Shown here: piece by piece, positions 58,541 through 64,000 of the stretch
Layout of the letters: each line of letters starts with the position of its first letter
Position numbering within the stretch: the stretch's first letter is position 1
NCBI GenBank assembly: GCA_039206675.1
Contig: JBCEBZ010000111.1
Coordinates: 756 to 64,755, forward strand
DNA: 64,000 bases
Reading direction: 5' to 3'
DNA from: Rhodococcus sp. (in: high G+C Gram-positive bacteria)
Lineage (GTDB): Bacteria > Actinomycetota > Actinomycetes > Mycobacteriales > Mycobacteriaceae
Program-made: the position numbers and the translations under genes
Notes under the pieces: model-generated
Databases searched by the model: none
What the model saw: the letters and a program-made list of their open reading frames with translations, nothing else
Told to the model about the DNA's origin: nothing

Positions 58541-59556
58541 GCGTCCGGAACTCGGCAATCAAACTGGCGGTCTTCGCCGTCTTCGGGATGCTCTCCGCGG
58601 TCCTCGTGGTGAACACACTGCGGGTGCCGGTCGACGGACCGACCGTCGCGTACAAGGCGTTGTTCACCGACGCCCAGGGGGTGACTCCCGGCAGTGACGT
58701 CACCATCGCCGGTGTGCGGGTGGGACGGGTGGCTTCGGTCGACATCGTCGACGGCGATGCCGGAAGCGCCGCCGCCCTGGTGAACTTCGAGGTGCAGCGC
58801 GATCAGGCACTGCCCGCCGACACGACCGTCGCGATCCGGTACGGCGACCTGCTCGGGATCCGGTATCTCGATCTCGCGGCCGGCCCGTCGGGGGACGAGG
58901 GCACCCTCGCGGAGGGCGACACCATTCCGCTCGACCGGACGTCGCCCGCACTCGATCTCACCAGTCTCTTCAACGGATTCAAGCCGCTGTTCGACGCGAT
59001 CGACCCGAAGCAGGTCAACGAACTCGCCACCGAGGTCGTCGCCGTGTTCGACGGCCGGAAGACGAGCATGGAAACGCTGCTGCGCAGGGTCGCGGACGTC
59101 ACCGGCAACCTCGCGAATCACGATCAGCTGATCGGTGATCTCATCGCACACCTCGAGGTGGTGGTGGGAACGGCGGCCGCCCACGGTCCGGAACTGTCCC
59201 ACCTCGTCGACAGCCTCACCCAGTTCACCGGAATGCTCGCCGAGAACAACGACGTTCTCCTGGACACCCTCGATCAGAGTGCGGCGGTGAGCCGCTCGGC
59301 GCTGCAGATCGTCGACGGGCGGGTCCCGGAACTCGGACGCACGGTGAACCGACTCGAATCGCTGACGGGGGCGATGGTCGGTGCCGACCCCGAATTCGAC
59401 CACCTGATGGTGGCCATGCCGCAATTCTTCTCCTCCGTCGACCGTTCGGGCTCGTACGGTTCCTGGCTCAACATCTACCTGTGCACCTTCATCGTCAACG
59501 TCGACGGTCGTGAAGGCGCGCTAGGTCCCGACCTGCATTCGAGGTACTGCCGATGA
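58537..59556 (+). CDS. mceB: Mce-family protein MceB
   Basis: 339 aa, ATGA overlap. TM helix plus Mce domain (VTIAGVRVGRVASVD..IRYGDLLGIRYLDL). Confidence 0.85.
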   Translation: MSVRNSAIKLAVFAVFGMLSAVLVVNTLRVPVDGPTVAYKALFTDAQGVTPGSDVTIAGVRVGRVASVDIVDGDAGSAAALVNFEVQRDQALPADTTVAIRYGDLLGIRYLDLAAGPSGDEGTLAEGDTIPLDRTSPALDLTSLFNGFKPLFDAIDPKQVNELATEVVAVFDGRKTSMETLLRRVADVTGNLANHDQLIGDLIAHLEVVVGTAAAHGPELSHLVDSLTQFTGMLAENNDVLLDTLDQSAAVSRSALQIVDGRVPELGRTVNRLESLTGAMVGADPEFDHLMVAMPQFFSSVDRSGSYGSWLNIYLCTFIVNVDGREGALGPDLHSRYCR

Positions 59557-60593
59557 GTGTCGCCGACAAGGTGCGCGACGTGTGGGACTCGCTCGCCGGA
59601 AACCAGCGGGTGCGGCCCGTCAACCCGCTGATCGTCGGAACCGTGGGCATTCTCGCCGCGACGCTGGCGCTGGCACTGGTTCTCGTGATTCCGCGGGTGA
59701 GCTTCGATGTGCGAACCGACGGCTACACCGCCGAACTCGCAAACGCCGCAGGCCTGACCGATTCCGACTACGTCTACGTGGCCGGGGTTCCCGCCGGCCG
59801 GGTGACCGCGGTCGACCTGGCGGGCGATCACGTGGTCGTGCACTTCCGGCTCGACGGTGGCCGTCACCTCGGGTCGACGACGTCCGCGGGCGTCAAGCTG
59901 TCGACCATCCTCGGCAAGCGGTACCTGGACGTGTCGCCGTCGGGGCCCGGCGACCTGGGCGGCGACGGGGTGATTCCGCTGAGCCGCACCAGTGTTCCGT
60001 ACTCGCTCGACGACATCGGCTCGTCCGCGATCGAGACGGCGGACGGCCTCGACCTCGGCGGACTGCAGGAGATGCTCACCGTCGTGACGGACACGGTGCC
60101 GCAGGACGCGACCCTCAATCGGGAGGCGCTGTCGGGGGTGAGTGCGGCGTCCGCGATCCTGGCGAAGAATGCGGATCAGGTCACGCAACTGCTCGACAGC
60201 TCGCGAACCCTCACCGACGTGCTGGTCGGTCAGCAGGATCAGCTCACCACCCTGCTCGGCAACGCCGACGTCGTCATGAACACGCTCGCCACCCGGCGCG
60301 AGGCCATCCGCCGGATGGTCGACGACCTGCAGGCCCTGATCGCGCAGGCGTCCCAGTTCCTGGGCGAGAACACCGCCGAACTCGACTCACTGCTCGCCAA
60401 CGCGCGGCAGGTGACGGATCGACTCGACGCGAACCTCGCCAACCTCGACGCACTGCTGACGACGGGTGCACCGGCCGCGAGGGCGCTCGTCAACGCGACC
60501 GGTAACGGCGACTGGGCCGACGTGTCGGCGCCGTCGGCCGTGATCGCCGACAACCTGCTCTGCGTTGTCGGACTGATCACGGGGTGCTCGTGA
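59553..60593 (+). CDS. mceC: Mce-family protein MceC
   Basis: 346 aa, ATGA overlap. TM helix plus Mce domain (VYVAGVPAGRVTAVDL...STILGKRYLDV). Confidence 0.85.
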   Translation: MSVADKVRDVWDSLAGNQRVRPVNPLIVGTVGILAATLALALVLVIPRVSFDVRTDGYTAELANAAGLTDSDYVYVAGVPAGRVTAVDLAGDHVVVHFRLDGGRHLGSTTSAGVKLSTILGKRYLDVSPSGPGDLGGDGVIPLSRTSVPYSLDDIGSSAIETADGLDLGGLQEMLTVVTDTVPQDATLNREALSGVSAASAILAKNADQVTQLLDSSRTLTDVLVGQQDQLTTLLGNADVVMNTLATRREAIRRMVDDLQALIAQASQFLGENTAELDSLLANARQVTDRLDANLANLDALLTTGAPAARALVNATGNGDWADVSAPSAVIADNLLCVVGLITGCS

Positions 60594-61681
60594 ACGCGGT
60601 CACCGCGCGCCGGATCGTCGGGATCGGCGGCGTGCTCGCCCTCGTGGTGGCGATCGTCGTGGCCGGGTGGCTGCTGATCTTCCGCACCTCCTCCACCGTG
60701 GTGCACTCCGAATTCGCCTACGTCAACGGCGTGTTCCCCGGCACCGAGGTGACCGTGCTCGGCGTGCCCGTCGGCATCGTCGAGTCCGTCGAACCGCGGG
60801 GCGCGACGGTGATGGTCACGATGTCGATCGCGGCCGACGTCGTGGTGCCCGCCGACGCGCACGCGTACGTGCTGGTGTCCTCCGCGATCGGGGAGCGTTT
60901 CGTCGAACTCGGTCCCGCGTACACCGGCGGTCCGGTGCTGGAGAGCGGGCAGACCATTCCTCCCGAACGCAGTCATTCGCCCATCACCTGGGACCAGTTG
61001 ATGGACAGCGTCGACACCGTCGTCGAGACTCTCGGCCCCGACGGCGGCGACGCCGGTGCCGCGATCTCGGCCGCCGCGGCGTCCACGGACGGGCTCGGCC
61101 CCGCGATGAACGACGCCATCCGCACACTGTCGCAGGCGAGTTCGGTGATCGCGGGCAACAGTGCCGATGTCGGAGCCCTCGTCGACAACCTCGCGATCCT
61201 GGTCGACACGATCTCGGCGCGTCAGGCGCAGGTCGATTCCCTCGCCGGTTCACTCACCGCGATCGGAGACGAATTCGCCGGGCAGCGGTTCGCGATCGGC
61301 GACACGGTGAACCAGCTGTCCGCCTTGCTGAATCAGATCGACCACCTCGTGTCCGCCCGGGGCGGCGACCTCGCCGCCGGCATCGACGATCTGGCGGGAG
61401 TGAGCGAGGTGCTGCAGAGACACGACACCGACCTCGCCGAGATCATGGACCTGGTGCCGTTGCTGATCGACAACATCGCGCGCGCGGTCACTCCCGACCA
61501 GCGTGCCCGCATCCGGCTGAACATCTCCACCAACCTGGCGCAGGCCGAGCCGACGTCCCCGCTCTGCGCGGTCGTGGATCCGATCCTCTGCCGGGGAGCG
61601 GGAATCACGAACCCGATTCAGTTTCCGCCCAGCATGTCCGACCCGTTCGGGCTGCGCGAACTCATGGTCGGAGGACGATGA
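60584..61681 (+). CDS. mceD: Mce-family protein MceD
   Basis: About 363-365 aa. The start is either the GTG at 60584 or, more likely, the GTG at 60590, which forms a GTGA overlap with the mceC stop. TM helix plus Mce domain (VTVLGVPVGIVESVEP...SSAIGERFVEL). Confidence 0.85.
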   Translation: MLVNAVTARRIVGIGGVLALVVAIVVAGWLLIFRTSSTVVHSEFAYVNGVFPGTEVTVLGVPVGIVESVEPRGATVMVTMSIAADVVVPADAHAYVLVSSAIGERFVELGPAYTGGPVLESGQTIPPERSHSPITWDQLMDSVDTVVETLGPDGGDAGAAISAAAASTDGLGPAMNDAIRTLSQASSVIAGNSADVGALVDNLAILVDTISARQAQVDSLAGSLTAIGDEFAGQRFAIGDTVNQLSALLNQIDHLVSARGGDLAAGIDDLAGVSEVLQRHDTDLAEIMDLVPLLIDNIARAVTPDQRARIRLNISTNLAQAEPTSPLCAVVDPILCRGAGITNPIQFPPSMSDPFGLRELMVGGR

Positions 61682-62724
61682 CGATCCGCACGAGAACGAC
61701 GTCGCTGACGGCGGCTCTGATCGTCGCGACGCTACCCGCCGCCGGTTGTTCGCTGAGCCTGCAGGAACTGTCGGTGGGCCGCTCACCGGAGGGTCCGTCC
61801 TACGAGATCACCGCGCGGTTCGACGGCGTCGATCGCGTCGTGCCCGGCGCCGAGGTCCGGGTGGGACAGGAGGTGGTGGGCCGCGTCGCGGACGTGTCGA
61901 CCCGCGACTTCACTGCAGAGGTCGAGATGCGGATCCGCGACGACGTCCCGATTCCGCGGGACGCGACGGCACGCATCGAATTGCCCACGGCCCTCGGCAA
62001 TCCCTTCATCCGACTCGACGTCGCGGAGGCGGCGGGCGCACCGATGAGCGAGGGCGACGTGCTCCCGCTGGAGCAGACGTCCCGCGGCCCCGACATCGAG
62101 AGCGGGCTGGCCGCGCTGGCCACGGTGCTCAACGGCAGCGGCATCGACCAGATACACGCCATCATGAACGAATTGACGGTCGCCTTCACCGGCCGCTCCG
62201 ACAAGATCCGGGAACTGGTGGACATGCTGAACGCCACGCTGGGCGTCGTCGACGACCACCGGGACGAACTCGACCGGGCAATGGTGGCGTCCTCCGCGTT
62301 CGCAGCGGAACTCGCCGCGGGCCAACCCGTCCTCGACCGGGCGATGACCGACCTGGCGCCGGTGGTGGATCTCCTGGTGTCGCAACGAGATCAGATCACC
62401 GCGCTGATGGGGGAGGCGTCCCGGCTCAGCCGCGAGGCGGAATATGTCCTCGGCAGCGCCGGATCCGCCTTGTCGACCGAGATCAGCGACGCCGGGACCG
62501 TGCTCGCCGCCCTCGACGGCTTCGAGTCGGAACTCGCCCCCACCCTGAACTCGGTGGCGACGTTCCTCGGCGGATTCGCCGCGGCCACACCCGGTGACTA
62601 CACGACATTCGACGGGACGTTCGACGTCACCGCCGTCATCGCGAAGCTGCTCACCGGCTCGGCTCCGCTCGAGGTGCCCGAGGCCCGCACGCTGCCCGAG
62701 GTTCTCGGCGGAGGCGTCCGATGA
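61678..62724 (+). CDS. mceE: Mce-family lipoprotein MceE (Lpr-type)
   Basis: 348 aa from the ATG at 61678 (ATGA overlap). Lipobox LPAAG-C at the end of the signal peptide (MTIRTRTTSLTAALIVATLPAAGCS). Mce domain (EVRVGQEVVGRVADVS). Confidence 0.85.
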   Translation: MTIRTRTTSLTAALIVATLPAAGCSLSLQELSVGRSPEGPSYEITARFDGVDRVVPGAEVRVGQEVVGRVADVSTRDFTAEVEMRIRDDVPIPRDATARIELPTALGNPFIRLDVAEAAGAPMSEGDVLPLEQTSRGPDIESGLAALATVLNGSGIDQIHAIMNELTVAFTGRSDKIRELVDMLNATLGVVDDHRDELDRAMVASSAFAAELAAGQPVLDRAMTDLAPVVDLLVSQRDQITALMGEASRLSREAEYVLGSAGSALSTEISDAGTVLAALDGFESELAPTLNSVATFLGGFAAATPGDYTTFDGTFDVTAVIAKLLTGSAPLEVPEARTLPEVLGGGVR

Positions 62725-63908
62725 TGACACGCCACGTCGTGGCGCAGCTGGTGCTGTTCCTCGTCATCTCGCTCGCCGCGATCCTGTTCGGGCTGCGGTA
62801 CGTCACCGGCCCGGACACGTTCGGAAACCCCGTCCACCTGACCGCCCGGCTCGACAACGCCGCCGGCCTCGCGCAGGGAGCAGCCGTCAACTACCGCGGA
62901 GTCGGCGTGGGAAAGATCAGCTCCGTCGACGTGAACGAGGAGGGGACGGGCATCGTCCTCGGCATCGAACTGCACCCCGGCACACAGGTGTCCGCCGGTT
63001 CGACCGCGAAGATCACCACCGAGAACGCCATCGGCATCCAGGCACTCGACATCATGCCCGGCAGCGCGGATCCGCCGTACCTCGTGGACGGGGACCTCAT
63101 CGAGGTCCCACCGGACGGAATTCCGCGATCGCTCGACGCGACGCTCGTCCAGACGACGGACCTGGTGAACTCGATGGACGTCACCGCCCTGTCCTCGCTC
63201 GCGGACACATTCGGCACCGCCTTCGGGGGTACGGGACCCGACCTACAGAACATGCTCGACGGTTCCGCCGAGATTGCCCGGACCCTCGAAACCCGCACCG
63301 ACGCACTGTCGACCATCGTGAACAGGGGCCTGCCGCTTCTGGACACCGTCGACGGGCTCACCGCGGCCCTTCCCGAATCGGCGAGCACCGCTCGCAGCGT
63401 GCTCGAACAGTTGCGTGCCCACGACTCCGCACTCGTCGACCTGCTCGGACGCTCGCCGCAGACGATGGCGAGCCTCGACGCGCTGCTGTCGGGGAACCGC
63501 GACTCCCTGGGCGCCCTGATGGCGAATCTGGTTCTCCCCACCGGGATCGTCGGTGACCGGACCCCCTCCCTGGAGTACGGCCTGACCATCATGCCCGGCG
63601 CACTACCGAAGATCGCGTCGATCGAGAAGGGCGGCCTCGCCGACCTGCTCCTCGTCGGAACGCAGGGGCCGATGTGCGTGTACGACGCCCCACGCCGTCT
63701 GGTGACCGACGCGGAACCGAGCACGCCCGCCCTGGACTGGACCTGCCAGTCGCAGCAGTACCTCGAACAGCGCGGCGCCGTGAACGTCCCTCGACCCGAC
63801 GACCTCGGCCAGGAGAACGCAACCAGGAACGGCGGTGTCTACGGTCCGCCCGCCGCGGACGATCCGCTGGTCGTCGAACCCCCGCTGACGGGGCGCACCC
63901 CACGCTGA
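62721..63908 (+). CDS. mceF: Mce-family protein MceF
   Basis: 395 aa, ATGA overlap. TM helix plus Mce domain (VNYRGVGVGKISSVD...TENAIGIQALDI). Confidence 0.85.
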   Translation: MMTRHVVAQLVLFLVISLAAILFGLRYVTGPDTFGNPVHLTARLDNAAGLAQGAAVNYRGVGVGKISSVDVNEEGTGIVLGIELHPGTQVSAGSTAKITTENAIGIQALDIMPGSADPPYLVDGDLIEVPPDGIPRSLDATLVQTTDLVNSMDVTALSSLADTFGTAFGGTGPDLQNMLDGSAEIARTLETRTDALSTIVNRGLPLLDTVDGLTAALPESASTARSVLEQLRAHDSALVDLLGRSPQTMASLDALLSGNRDSLGALMANLVLPTGIVGDRTPSLEYGLTIMPGALPKIASIEKGGLADLLLVGTQGPMCVYDAPRRLVTDAEPSTPALDWTCQSQQYLEQRGAVNVPRPDDLGQENATRNGGVYGPPAADDPLVVEPPLTGRTPR

Positions 63909-64000
63909 GAACGGTTGCTACGCCGGATTGCCCGCGGCCCGACGGTACCCGCGCACCGCGGGGTAGGTGAAGATCAGCAGGCCGCCGACCGACCACGCGA

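Noticed and set aside
63918-64000. A possible 3' end of a minus-strand gene (…AWSVGGLLIFTYPAVRGYRRAAGNPA-stop, stop codon at 63918-63920) convergent on mceF.
   Set aside because: Only about 27 codons are visible and there is no recognisable domain. It cannot be told apart from a chance open frame, so it is not reported as a feature.

Overview
High-GC (roughly 68-70% in coding regions) actinobacterial chromosome segment. The gene content looks like Rhodococcus/Nocardia-type Corynebacteriales: an mce operon, a tandem-TetR Mce3R-like regulator, and a carboxylase-alpha/FadE/MaoC/CitE block syntenic with M. tuberculosis. Layout: (1) 1-4874, a translationally coupled leucine/isovalerate-type catabolic operon ending in acetoacetyl-CoA synthetase. 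(2) 4875-6114, an unusually long, AT-richer spacer with no convincing gene. (3) 6115-39930, one uninterrupted 33.8-kb ORF (11,271 aa) for a nine-module NRPS: Cstarter-A-T-E, six C-A-T modules, C-A-T-E, C-A-T-E. It has no thioesterase or reductase, and carries two vestigial A-domain stubs and one strongly divergent A domain. (4) 39983-41567, an ECF41 (SigJ-like) sigma factor divergent from a carboxymuconolactone-decarboxylase (AhpD-like) gene, with TGTCACA promoter-type heptamers between them. (5) 41616-46025 (minus strand), a four-gene translationally coupled operon papB-papA-papC plus an AurF/CmlI-type diiron arylamine N-oxygenase, i.e. a 4-aminophenylpyruvate/p-aminophenylalanine pathway plus nitro-forming chemistry. 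(6) 46242-51730, a secreted lipase, a GntR regulator, an acyl-CoA dehydrogenase, an aldehyde dehydrogenase and an MpaB-family oxygenase. (7) 51775-63908, the tandem-TetR regulator divergent from echA-fadD-yrbEAB-mceABCDEF. The main candidate for a new system is the pairing of the TE-less, C-starter nonapeptide NRPS with the PAPA/N-oxygenase operon, which predicts an N-acylated, D-residue-containing nonapeptide carrying an amino- or nitro-aryl unit. No rRNA, tRNA, CRISPR or IS element was recognised. All coordinates inside the NRPS are hand-derived and approximate.
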